A stretch of 64,000 nt of DNA. Origin: Bacteroidota bacterium (GTDB lineage: Bacteria; Bacteroidota; Rhodothermia; JANXDC01). Numbering within the stretch: position 1 is the stretch's first letter; each line of letters begins with the position of its first letter. The position numbers and the translations under genes were made by a program. The DNA lies in assembly GCA_025059945.1 (NCBI GenBank), contig JANXDC010000011.1, positions 16,673 to 80,672 on the forward strand. Reading direction: 5' to 3'. Shown here in pieces: positions 1 through 8,739 of the stretch. The notes beneath the pieces were generated by a model that searched no databases, was not told the origin of the DNA, and saw only the letters and a list, made by a program, of their open reading frames with translations.

Positions 1-12
1 ATCGTAAAAGAT

Positions 13-1944
13 ATGGCCTTTGTGTTGGCAAGCGGTCTAATCTTGTACGTTTTGCTGCGCCAGGTCCAGAGGGCTTACGAGCGGGCTCAAGAGGGCGAGC
101 CTCGGCTTCGGGATCTGCTCGAGGTGCCCCATGTGGGGATCGCCCTTTTAGACCTAGAAGGGCGGATTCGGTTCGTTAACCGCTGCCTGGCGGAGCTATG
201 GGGCCGCCAGCCGGAGGAGCTCTTAGGACAGGAGATCCTACAGCTGACCTATCCGGACGATCGGGCTCATACAGAGCAGATGCTGCTACGGCTGTGCTCC
301 GAACAGACCGAGACGCTCCGCTACGAGAAGCGCTTCCTGCGAGCCGATGGCGGCTTTTTCTGGGCGCTTGTGGCTTGCCGACTGACACGAAGCGTCGACC
401 CGCAGAGCTCTGCGCAAATCCTCAAGGTGGTCCTAGACGTATCCGAGCAAAAGGAGCTAGAGGAGCGCCTGCGCCGCTCCGAGGCTCTGTATCGGTATAT
501 GTTTGAGCACAACCCGCATGCGATGTGGATATACGATGTGCAGACGCATCGCTTTTTGGCCGTCAACGAAACGGCGCTGCGGCGGTACGGCTACAGCCGC
601 GAAGAGTTTCTGGAGCTTACGCTCTTCGACATCCGACCCCGAGAGGACTGGGAGCGGTTGCGCAGCTCGCTTGCGCGCAACTTGCCGGGCACGGAGTTTT
701 CCGGGCTTTGGCGGCATCTACGCAAGGACGGCTCTCTGCTGTGGGTTGACCTCACCTCCCATCCCATAAACTGGGAGGGTCGAGAGGCCCGGCTCGTGGT
801 GGCCGTGGATGTGACGGCTATAAAAGCGCTTAAGGAGGCGCTTCAAGAGTCGGAGGAGCGCTTTCGTACGCTAGCGGAGCAAACAGCGGCGGCCGTGTTG
901 GTCTACCAAGGGGGGCGCATCGCTTATGCCAATCCGGCCTGTGAGCACGTCTTGGGATATCGGCTGGAGCATCTGCCGAGGCTGCGTTTTTGGCAAATCC
1001 TGCCTCCCGAAGAGCGAAAGCTCCTGCCCCTGCGGAAGCTAGCCCGCGGAGACGAGCTTCGCCTGCGGCACGCTGAACTGCGCGTAAGGGACGCCAACGG
1101 TCAGCTTCGGTGGGTTGATCTCACTGTCGGGCCCATATCCTGGCAAGGCAAGCCGGCTCTGATCTTTACGGCGCTGGATATAACGGATCGCAAGCGGGTC
1201 GAGGCGGAGCTTGCCCAACTTAACCGGGAGCTAGAGCGCCGTGTGCGCGAGCGCACCGCGGCGCTGGAGGCGGCTTTAAGAGAGTTAGAGGCCTTTAGCT
1301 ACTCCGTATCGCATGACCTGCGCGCTCCGCTGCGGGCCATCGACGGCTTCAGTCAAGCCTTGTTGGAAGACTACGGGGATCGGTTCGATCCAGAGGCTCG
1401 GTATTATCTGGACCGTATTCGGGCCGGCGCGCAGCGCATGGGGCTGCTTATCGACGACCTGTTGCGGCTTTCCCGCATCAGCCGGGTCGAGCTCGTCCGG
1501 GAGCGGGTGCATCTGTCTGCTCTTGCGCGCGAGATCGCCGAGCTGCTACAGCAGTCCGATCCCCAGCGGGCCGTGCTCTGGAAGATCGCCGATGATCTCT
1601 TCGTCGAGGGCGATGCCGGCCTGCTGCGCCTGCTGTTGCAGAATCTGCTGGAGAACGCCTGGAAGTACACCCGAACGCGCCCCCAGGCCTATATAGAACT
1701 GGGGGTTTTACGGGGGTCTGGATCGCCGATCTACTACGTACGGGACAACGGGATAGGCTTTGATCCGGCTCAGGCGGAGCGCATCTTTCAGCCCTTTACG
1801 CGTCTGGAACCCGACTACGAGGGCACGGGCGTTGGGCTGGCCACGGTTGAACGGATCGTGCGCCGGCACGGCGGCCGCATCTGGGCCGAGGGCCGGCCCG
1901 GAGAGGGGGCGACGTTTTACTTTACGCTCGCCCCGGAGCCGTAG
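13..1944 (+). CDS. Multi-PAS sensor histidine kinase (frame is open back to nt 1, so the true start may lie upstream of the window)
   Basis: 643-aa ORF with an N-terminal hydrophobic stretch, three PAS-like modules and a coiled coil. HisKA H-box SHDLRAPL. HATPase_c boxes LLENAWKYT, DNGIGF, GTGVGLA. Confidence 0.9.
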   Translation: MAFVLASGLILYVLLRQVQRAYERAQEGEPRLRDLLEVPHVGIALLDLEGRIRFVNRCLAELWGRQPEELLGQEILQLTYPDDRAHTEQMLLRLCSEQTETLRYEKRFLRADGGFFWALVACRLTRSVDPQSSAQILKVVLDVSEQKELEERLRRSEALYRYMFEHNPHAMWIYDVQTHRFLAVNETALRRYGYSREEFLELTLFDIRPREDWERLRSSLARNLPGTEFSGLWRHLRKDGSLLWVDLTSHPINWEGREARLVVAVDVTAIKALKEALQESEERFRTLAEQTAAAVLVYQGGRIAYANPACEHVLGYRLEHLPRLRFWQILPPEERKLLPLRKLARGDELRLRHAELRVRDANGQLRWVDLTVGPISWQGKPALIFTALDITDRKRVEAELAQLNRELERRVRERTAALEAALRELEAFSYSVSHDLRAPLRAIDGFSQALLEDYGDRFDPEARYYLDRIRAGAQRMGLLIDDLLRLSRISRVELVRERVHLSALAREIAELLQQSDPQRAVLWKIADDLFVEGDAGLLRLLLQNLLENAWKYTRTRPQAYIELGVLRGSGSPIYYVRDNGIGFDPAQAERIFQPFTRLEPDYEGTGVGLATVERIVRRHGGRIWAEGRPGEGATFYFTLAPEP

Positions 1945-3506
1945 CGGCTTTTTGCGGGAGCGCCCCATCCGCCGCCGCCCGGGGTTTCGATCCGAATCCG
2001 ATCTCCCGCCTGGGCCCAGAAGCTGACTTTGCCGGAAAGCCGGCGTCGCCGGCCCTGATGTATCCAGATCGCCTTTCCGGGCGCGCCCGGCTCCCCGCCT
2101 GCGAGCCCGTAGGGGGGCCGGCGCCTTCGTTCGGCCAGGATCGTGATCTGAGCCGGGGCCAGCAGCTCAAGCTCCCGCACCAGGCCATCGCCTCCGTGGC
2201 GCAGGCCTCGGCCCCCGGAGCCATCTCGGATCCCGTAGCGGGTGATGCGAAACGGATAAGCGTACTCGAGCGCTTCAACCGGGGTGTTGAGCGTGTTGGT
2301 CATGTGCGTGTGCACGGCCGAGCTGCCGTCCCGATCCGGCATGGCCCCGGCCCCGCCAGCTAGGGTTTCGTAGTAGGCGTAGGGGCGCTGGCGAAACGGA
2401 TCCCAGCCTCCGATACTCCAGTTGTTCATCGTGCCCTGCGAGGCGGCCGGTATGCGATCCGGAAGCGCCTGCGCCAGGGCCCCCAAAACCACGTCTACGA
2501 TCCGCTGCGAGGTCTCCACGTTGCCGCCGGCCACGGCCGCGGGGGGTCGGGCGTCCAGAAGCGATCCGGGCTCGGTTAGGATCCGAATCGGACGCAGGCA
2601 GCCCGCGTTTGTGGGCACATCCTGGCCGATGAGCGCCCGAAAGACGTAATAGACGGCCGATACCGTGATGGCCCGCACCGCGTTCAGGGGGCCTGCGCAT
2701 TGCGGGGCGGTGCCGGAGAAATCAACCGTGGCCTCGGATCCGGATATCGTGACGGCCACCCGAATCGGCAGCGGCTCTCGGGAGAAGCCGTCGTCATCTA
2801 GGGCGTCTTCAAAGCGATAGGTGCCGTCGGGCAGTTCGGACAGAAACCGGCGCATAAGGCGCTCGGCGTAATCCAGCAGCGCCTCCATGGCGGCTTCGAG
2901 TTCGGGGCCGTATTTGCGCACAAGCTCCTCGAAGCGGGCCACGCCGCGCTCGCCTGCGGCCAGCTGGGCCCGCAGGTCCCCGCGGCGCTCCTCCGGGGTA
3001 CGCACGTTTGCCAGGATCAGCTCCCAAACCGCCGGGTTGGGGCGGCCGGCTTGCAGCAGCTTGACCGGCGGGATCACCAAGCCCTCCTGGTAGATCTCGC
3101 GCGCCAGCGGCATCGAACCCGGCTGCATGCCCCCGATGTCGGCATGATGGGCCCGGCTTGCCACAAAGCCCCAGAGCCGACCTGCTACGAAGACGGGATG
3201 TACAAGCGTGAGATCCGGCAGGTGCGTGCCCCCTCGGAAGGGGTCGTTGAGCAGCACCGCATCGCCCGGCTCAAGCTCTGGAAAGGCCTCCAGGCAAGCC
3301 TGCACGGAGAGGGGCATGGCGCCCAGGTGTACGGGGATATGCGCGGCCTGCGCCAGCAGTTCTCCCCTAGGCGTAAAGAGCGCGCAGGAGAAATCGCGAC
3401 GCTCCTTAATGTTGGGCGAGAAGGCGGATCGACGCAGCACAGCCCCCATTTCCTCGGCCACGGAGGCCAGAAGATGCCGGAAGATCTCCAGCCGCACGGC
3501 GTCCAT
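1917..3506 (-). CDS. hyuB: Hydantoinase B / oxoprolinase family protein (HyuB-like)
   Basis: ORF 1917-3596 trimmed to the MDAVRLEIFRH start. Full-length resemblance to the hydantoinase_B family. Its ATG (3506-3504) shares one nt with the hyuA TGA (3508-3506). The 3' end overlaps the convergent kinase gene by 28 nt. Confidence 0.88.
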   Translation of the reverse strand: MDAVRLEIFRHLLASVAEEMGAVLRRSAFSPNIKERRDFSCALFTPRGELLAQAAHIPVHLGAMPLSVQACLEAFPELEPGDAVLLNDPFRGGTHLPDLTLVHPVFVAGRLWGFVASRAHHADIGGMQPGSMPLAREIYQEGLVIPPVKLLQAGRPNPAVWELILANVRTPEERRGDLRAQLAAGERGVARFEELVRKYGPELEAAMEALLDYAERLMRRFLSELPDGTYRFEDALDDDGFSREPLPIRVAVTISGSEATVDFSGTAPQCAGPLNAVRAITVSAVYYVFRALIGQDVPTNAGCLRPIRILTEPGSLLDARPPAAVAGGNVETSQRIVDVVLGALAQALPDRIPAASQGTMNNWSIGGWDPFRQRPYAYYETLAGGAGAMPDRDGSSAVHTHMTNTLNTPVEALEYAYPFRITRYGIRDGSGGRGLRHGGDGLVRELELLAPAQITILAERRRRPPYGLAGGEPGAPGKAIWIHQGRRRRLSGKVSFWAQAGDRIRIETPGGGGWGAPAKSRYGSGASVK

Positions 3507-5503
3507 CACGGTAGCTCCACCAGCAGGTTGCCGAAGCGGTCCACGTAGGCTGCGCTCCGAGGCGGTAGGTATACCGTGGTGTCGGGGCGCACGCACAGGG
3601 CGGGGCCCTTGAGCCGGTTTCCGGGCCGCAGGGCCGATCCATTGTAAACGGGGATCACCCGAAGGGAGCGCTCCACCACGACCGGACGCTCCTCCAGCAA
3701 GGCCCCGGGCTCGGGCTCCGGTCCTGCGGACTCCAGCTCCGGCAATTTAGGAGGGGTTGTGAGGCCCACCGCATGCAGGCGCAGGTTGGTGATCTCCACC
3801 GGGGCCGTCGGATCGGCGTGTCCGTAGGCGCGCCTGTGGGCTCCATCGAAGGCTTTGCGCCAGGATCGGCTAAACGGGATGCGCAGCTCGTAGCTTTGCC
3901 CCACATAGCGCACCTCCAGGTAGCGCTCCAGCAGCATCCGGGATCCAAAGAAACCCTCCCGACGCAGCTCCTGGCGGGCCCTTCGCAACAGGGGGCCGAA
4001 GCGACGCGCAAGCTCTCCGTAAGCGGTTTGCTCCGGCAGCATCACCGTTTGCACGTAGTCGCGTCGCACGTCGGCCGCGAGCATCCCCAAGGCCGAAAGC
4101 ACCGAGGCGTAGGCAGGCACAAGCACGCGCCGGATGCCCAGGCTCTGGGCTAGTTCGACCGCGTGCAGAGGGCCAGCCCCCCCGAAGGAGACGAGCACAA
4201 AGTCGCGCGGATCGTAGCCGCGTTCGACCGAGATCACGCGCAGGGCGCGCTCCATGTGCGCATGGGCCACCTGAAGCACCCCCCAGGCGGCGGCCTGAGC
4301 GGAGCTGAGGCCAGCGGGCGTCTCAAGTCGCAGCGCGCGCGCCAGACGCGCCAGCGCCTCGGCCGCCGCCTCTTGCTGAAGCCGAAAGGCGCCGCCCAGG
4401 AAGCGCTCGGGCACTAGGCGCCCCAGCACCACGTGCGCGTCTGTGACCGTGGCCCATGTGCCGCCCCGCCCGTAGCAAGCCGGACCCGGATCGGCCCCTG
4501 CGCTCTGAGGGCCCACGCGCAGAGCGCCCCCGGGATCGACCGAGGCTATGGAGCCACCCCCCGCGCCGATTGTGTGGATGTCCAATATGGGCACGCGAAT
4601 GGGCAAGCCGCCGATCGCGCCCTCGGTCGTAAGGGGCAGCTCTCCCGGCAACAGGGACACGTCCGTGGAGGTGCCCCCCATGTCGAGGGTGATAAGTTGC
4701 GTTTGTCCGCACAGGGCCGCCACGTATTGGGCCCCGATTACGCCGCCAGCCGGGCCCGAAAGCGCGCAGCGCACCGCCTGCGCTCGCGCCTCCTCGGAGC
4801 GCATCAGGCCCCCGTTGGATTGCATCACACGAAAGGAGTGGGCCCCCAGGGCCCGCTCTAGGCCGCTTAGATACCGATCCAAGATCGGGGCCACGTAGGC
4901 GCTCGCCACCGTGGTGCTGGCGCGTTCGTATTCCCGAAACTCCGGCAACACCTCGACCGAAAGCGTCACCCGCAGCCCCGCCGCGCGGAGGGCTTCGCCT
5001 ATGCGGCGTTCGTGTTCGGGGCGCAGAAACGAAAACAGCAGGCAGACGGCCACGGATTCGGCGCGGATCCGGCGCAGCGCCTCAACCAGGCCCGGCAAGG
5101 CGGAATCCTCAAGCGCCCGCAGGATGCTCCCGTCGGCTCCGACGCGCTCGGGCACCTCAAAGCACCAGGCTCGGGGTACAAGGGGTTCTGTCCGCCGGGC
5201 GGCCAGATCGTACAGGGCTTCCCGGTTCTGCCGACCGATGTGCAGCAGGTCCCGAAAGCCCTCGGTGGTGACGAAGGCCGTTCGAGCACCCTTGCGCTCC
5301 AGCAGGGCGTTTGTGGCCACGGTCGAGCCGTGCACAATCGCATGCGCCCCCGGGCCGATCGCGCGCAGGCCCTCTAGCACGGCCTGGGCGGGGTTCGAGG
5401 GCGTTGAAAACCGCTTAAACGTCCAAAGCCGACCCGTTTCGGGTTCGTAGACTACGAAATCCGTAAACGTGCCCCCGATGTCGATGCCGATGCGGTAGCT
5501 CAT
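3506..5503 (-). CDS. hyuA: Hydantoinase A / oxoprolinase family protein (HyuA-like, ATP-binding subunit)
   Basis: 665-aa ORF. N-terminus MSYRIGIDIGGTFTDFV is the typical actin-like ATPase phosphate-1 motif of hydantoinase_A. ATGA overlap with the upstream NRAMP-like gene at 5503-5500. Confidence 0.9.
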   Translation of the reverse strand: MSYRIGIDIGGTFTDFVVYEPETGRLWTFKRFSTPSNPAQAVLEGLRAIGPGAHAIVHGSTVATNALLERKGARTAFVTTEGFRDLLHIGRQNREALYDLAARRTEPLVPRAWCFEVPERVGADGSILRALEDSALPGLVEALRRIRAESVAVCLLFSFLRPEHERRIGEALRAAGLRVTLSVEVLPEFREYERASTTVASAYVAPILDRYLSGLERALGAHSFRVMQSNGGLMRSEEARAQAVRCALSGPAGGVIGAQYVAALCGQTQLITLDMGGTSTDVSLLPGELPLTTEGAIGGLPIRVPILDIHTIGAGGGSIASVDPGGALRVGPQSAGADPGPACYGRGGTWATVTDAHVVLGRLVPERFLGGAFRLQQEAAAEALARLARALRLETPAGLSSAQAAAWGVLQVAHAHMERALRVISVERGYDPRDFVLVSFGGAGPLHAVELAQSLGIRRVLVPAYASVLSALGMLAADVRRDYVQTVMLPEQTAYGELARRFGPLLRRARQELRREGFFGSRMLLERYLEVRYVGQSYELRIPFSRSWRKAFDGAHRRAYGHADPTAPVEITNLRLHAVGLTTPPKLPELESAGPEPEPGALLEERPVVVERSLRVIPVYNGSALRPGNRLKGPALCVRPDTTVYLPPRSAAYVDRFGNLLVELP

Positions 5504-6789
5504 GGGCGGTTGCGCCGGCTAAGGAGCTTCCAGCAAGCCAGGGCCGTTACGAGAAGCGCCATCAGGCCGGCTATGCGCACGGAGGCGGCCTCAGAAAGGG
5601 CCCAGAGCCCGGCCGTGCGCGCGGCGCTCAGCACATGCTGTAGGCCCAGCATCGTGGCCACGGACACGATTAGGGCCGTGAGCGCGTTCGCCCACAGCCC
5701 GTTGCGGGCCGGGCCCATAAGCGCAGGATCGTTGGCGGACAGCCACAGAAAGACGGCCGCGATAGGCAGTAGCACCCCATTTAAGGCCTGGGCCGCCAGA
5801 ATGGCCGGTATGGGGCGCACTCCCAGAAGGCCGAACAGCACCCCCACGGCCCATACGCCGAAGAGCACGGCCCGGTAGGGTGCGCTGCGCTCGGTCCATC
5901 TGGCCGGATTTCGGGCCAAAATCCCGCGTGCGGTGATGGCGGCGGCCGTGGGCGCGGTAAGGGCGGAGCTAAAGCCCGCCGCAAAAAGCCCCAAGGCGAA
6001 CAAGGTCCGGGCCCAGGGGCCAAGTTGGGAGGCGAGCGCCTCCGCAAGGGCCCGATACGAGAAGGCCCCCGAGATGGCCGAACCCGTCACCAGGATCGCC
6101 ATGGAGATGAACACGCCGACCGCGATGGACACGGCCAGCCCCAGGCGCGTAAGCCCCAGGTCCTGACCCCGCGCCAGGCGCGAGCCCAGAAACAGGTTGT
6201 AGGGCACAACCGTGGTGCCCACAAGCCCCACGGCCAGGGCCTCGGCTCCAGAGGGTAGGGCGGGCCAAAGCAGCCCCTTTAGCCAGGTCCAATCCGGCGG
6301 GTGTACGCGCCAGGCCGTCAGGAAAAATGCCACCCCCATGAAGGCCACTAGGGCCCCGAGCAGGCGCGTGAGCGTGGCGATCGTTCCGATCCACAACAGA
6401 AGCCCCGAGCAGAGGGCTACAGCGATCGCAAGCGGAAGGCCCGAAACGGCTAAGGCGAGCTCTAGGCCGGCCACGGCGCCCAGGATGTTGCCCACTTGAA
6501 AGGCGGCGCAGCCCAACACGATGGCACCTAAGGCGAGGCCGCGCACAAGCCAACCGGAAGGCCCGCTGAAACGCGCACGCAGGGCCTCACCCAAGGGGAG
6601 GCCGGATTGAATCGCAAGCCGCGCGGCGGCCTCTTGCAGCACCCAGCAGGCCACCAGCGAAAAGCCTAGCGTCCAAAGCAGCGCAAGTCCATACCGGGCC
6701 CCGGCGGCCGCGGCCGTCGTCACCGTGCCCGGCCCCACAAAGGCGGCCGCGATCACAGACCAGAGCAGAACGACCGCCCAGCGCTTCAT
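5500..6789 (-). CDS. NRAMP-fold membrane transporter with degenerate metal-binding motifs (YcsG-like; substrate unknown)
   Basis: C-terminal 429 aa of the 823-aa ORF 5500-7971, starting MKRWAVVLLW (ATG 6789-6787, ATGA overlap with the dctM stop). About 11 hydrophobic segments. The TM1 motif reads GPGT where NRAMPs have DPGN. The TM6 motif reads GTTVVPYNLFLGS versus canonical GAxVMPHNLYLHS. Confidence 0.8.
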   Translation of the reverse strand: MKRWAVVLLWSVIAAAFVGPGTVTTAAAAGARYGLALLWTLGFSLVACWVLQEAAARLAIQSGLPLGEALRARFSGPSGWLVRGLALGAIVLGCAAFQVGNILGAVAGLELALAVSGLPLAIAVALCSGLLLWIGTIATLTRLLGALVAFMGVAFFLTAWRVHPPDWTWLKGLLWPALPSGAEALAVGLVGTTVVPYNLFLGSRLARGQDLGLTRLGLAVSIAVGVFISMAILVTGSAISGAFSYRALAEALASQLGPWARTLFALGLFAAGFSSALTAPTAAAITARGILARNPARWTERSAPYRAVLFGVWAVGVLFGLLGVRPIPAILAAQALNGVLLPIAAVFLWLSANDPALMGPARNGLWANALTALIVSVATMLGLQHVLSAARTAGLWALSEAASVRIAGLMALLVTALACWKLLSRRNRP

Positions 6790-8108
6790 CGGCGAAGCCC
6801 CAAGACCAGTTCCGGAAACAAGATCACAAGCAGAAGGGCCACCAGTTGCAGCCCGATAAAGGGCACAACACCCCGATACATGTCCAGCGTCTGCACCTCC
6901 GGCGGGGTCACCCCGCGCAGGTAGAAGAGCGCAAAACCAAACGGGGGTGTAAGGAAAGACGTTTGCAGGTTCATGCCCAGCATGACCCCAAACCAGACCA
7001 AATCGATGCCCAGGGCCTGGGCCGCGGGCACGATCAGGGGCAAAATGATGAAGGCGATCTCGAAGAAATCCAGGAAGAACCCCAACAGGAAAACGGCCGC
7101 GTTCACGACCACGAGCAGGCCCACTCGGCCTCCCGGCAGGCCCGTGAGCAGGTTTTCGATCCAGACGTCTCCGTACAGGCCCCGAAAGACGAGCGCGAAG
7201 ACCGTCGAACCGATAAGGAGCATCATGACCATGGCCACTAACCGAGCCGTCTGATCCAGGCTTTCGCGCAGGGCCCGCCGGGAGAGTCGACCCCGCAGCA
7301 AGGCTAGCCCCAAGGCGCCCGTTGCGCCCAGAGCGCCGGCCTCCGTTGGCGTGGCCAAGCCCACGAAGATGCCGCCCAGCACAACTAGGATGAGCGCAAG
7401 CGGAGGGGCCATGACCTGAAGGGCGCGCAGTAGGAGCGCTCTTCCGTCGAGCGTGCGCGCCTCTGGCGGCAAGGCCGGGGCCCTGGAGGGGCGCAGCAAG
7501 GCCACCGCGGCCACGTACAGGGCGTATAGGCCGGCTAAGATGAGACCGGGTACAAGCGCGCCCAGGAAGAGATCGCCCACCGAGATGCCCATCTGATCGC
7601 CTAGCACGATCAGCACCACGCTCGGAGGGATGATTTGCCCCAGGGTGCCAGAAGCCGTGATGACGCCCGTAGCCAGGCGCGGATCGTAGCGGTAGCGGAG
7701 CATAACGGGCAGCGAGATCAAGCCCATGGCCACCACCGAGGCCCCCACCACTCCGGTAGCGGCGGCCAGCAGGGTGCCCACGAACACCACAGCCAGGGCC
7801 AGGCCGCCCCGCAGGGGGCCGAAGAGCCGGCCGATCGTCTCCAGCAGGTCCTCGGCCAACCCGGAGCGCTCCAGGACGGAGCCCATGAAAATGAAAAACG
7901 GCACGGCCAGAAGCGTATAGTTGGCCATCACGCCGAAGATGCGCTCCGGTATGGCCAGCAGCAGATGCCAATCGAAGTAGCCCAGTTCCACCCCCAGAAA
8001 AGCGAACAGCAGGGCTACGCCCCCCAACGCGAAGGCCACAGGGAAGCCGGCGAAGATGAGCCCCAGCGCCGCTAGAAACATAAGGGGGGCTAGCCAGTCC
8101 CCGTTCAT
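6786..8108 (-). CDS. dctM: TRAP transporter large permease subunit
   Basis: ORF 6786-8138 trimmed to MNGDWLAPLMF (ATG 8108, ATGA overlap with the dctQ stop at 8105). Polytopic DctM-family sequence throughout. Confidence 0.92.
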   Translation of the reverse strand: MNGDWLAPLMFLAALGLIFAGFPVAFALGGVALLFAFLGVELGYFDWHLLLAIPERIFGVMANYTLLAVPFFIFMGSVLERSGLAEDLLETIGRLFGPLRGGLALAVVFVGTLLAAATGVVGASVVAMGLISLPVMLRYRYDPRLATGVITASGTLGQIIPPSVVLIVLGDQMGISVGDLFLGALVPGLILAGLYALYVAAVALLRPSRAPALPPEARTLDGRALLLRALQVMAPPLALILVVLGGIFVGLATPTEAGALGATGALGLALLRGRLSRRALRESLDQTARLVAMVMMLLIGSTVFALVFRGLYGDVWIENLLTGLPGGRVGLLVVVNAAVFLLGFFLDFFEIAFIILPLIVPAAQALGIDLVWFGVMLGMNLQTSFLTPPFGFALFYLRGVTPPEVQTLDMYRGVVPFIGLQLVALLLVILFPELVLGLRR

Positions 8109-8662
8109 AGGCCCTCTCCGGCCCGAGGCGGGGTCCACGGCGTAGCGCGCCCCCGCAGCCAGGCCCAGCGTTTGATCGCCTCTGCGATCGCCTGCAGGCC
8201 CAGCAGCAGAAACCCGACCAAGATGACCGTTTTAATGGGGTACCGGGGCAGCCCGCCGGGATCCGGGGACATCTCGCGCAGCCGCCAGGAGCTCAGCACC
8301 GAAGGCCAGGAGAAGTAGAGCACGCTCGCGCAGAAGGGCAGCACAAAGAGCAGCATGCCGAGGAGTTCCATCCAGGCTCGGGTCCGGGGGGAGAAGCGGC
8401 CGTAGAAGACGTCCACCCGCACATGCGCTCCGTGCCGCAGCGCATAAGAGGCGCCCAGCAGAAAGAGCACGCTAAACAAGTACCACTGCAGCTCCAGGTA
8501 GGCGTTGGAGGTCAGGCTCCTTCCTAGAGCCCGTCCCGCGTAGCGGGCCGCGGCGTTATAGGTGCCCACGAGCACCATGAGAAGAATCGCCCAATAGGCG
8601 ATCCGGCCCGCGATTTCGCTCAGCTTGTCGATTCCGGCCCAGAGGCGCGCTAGTCTCCGCAT
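8105..8662 (-). CDS. dctQ: TRAP transporter small permease subunit
   Basis: ORF 8105-8722 trimmed to MRRLARLWAGIDK (ATG 8662), which is preceded by GGAGGA. Four hydrophobic segments and the size typical of DctQ. Confidence 0.85.
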   Translation of the reverse strand: MRRLARLWAGIDKLSEIAGRIAYWAILLMVLVGTYNAAARYAGRALGRSLTSNAYLELQWYLFSVLFLLGASYALRHGAHVRVDVFYGRFSPRTRAWMELLGMLLFVLPFCASVLYFSWPSVLSSWRLREMSPDPGGLPRYPIKTVILVGFLLLGLQAIAEAIKRWAWLRGRATPWTPPRAGEGL

Positions 8663-8739
8663 GCGCTCCTCCTCACAAAGAACAGGCGGCCGGAGTTTAG
8701 GACAGCGCCCCAAGAAAAGCAAGGCGTAATGCGTCTTCG

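Noticed and set aside
1917-5503. HyuA/HyuB pair as acetone or acetophenone carboxylase
   Set aside because: No small gamma-subunit gene is adjacent, and the operon context (TRAP transporter, NRAMP-fold protein, CoA-transferase) does not match known carboxylase clusters. The pair is kept as generic hydantoinase/oxoprolinase family.
6790-7971. N-terminal 394 aa of the 823-aa ORF 5500-7971, which would make a giant fusion protein
   Set aside because: This part lies entirely inside dctM in another frame and is Arg/Gly/Pro-rich low-complexity sequence, typical of GC-driven shadow ORFs. The NRAMP-like similarity begins at MKRW (ATG 6789), which forms an ATGA overlap with the dctM stop.
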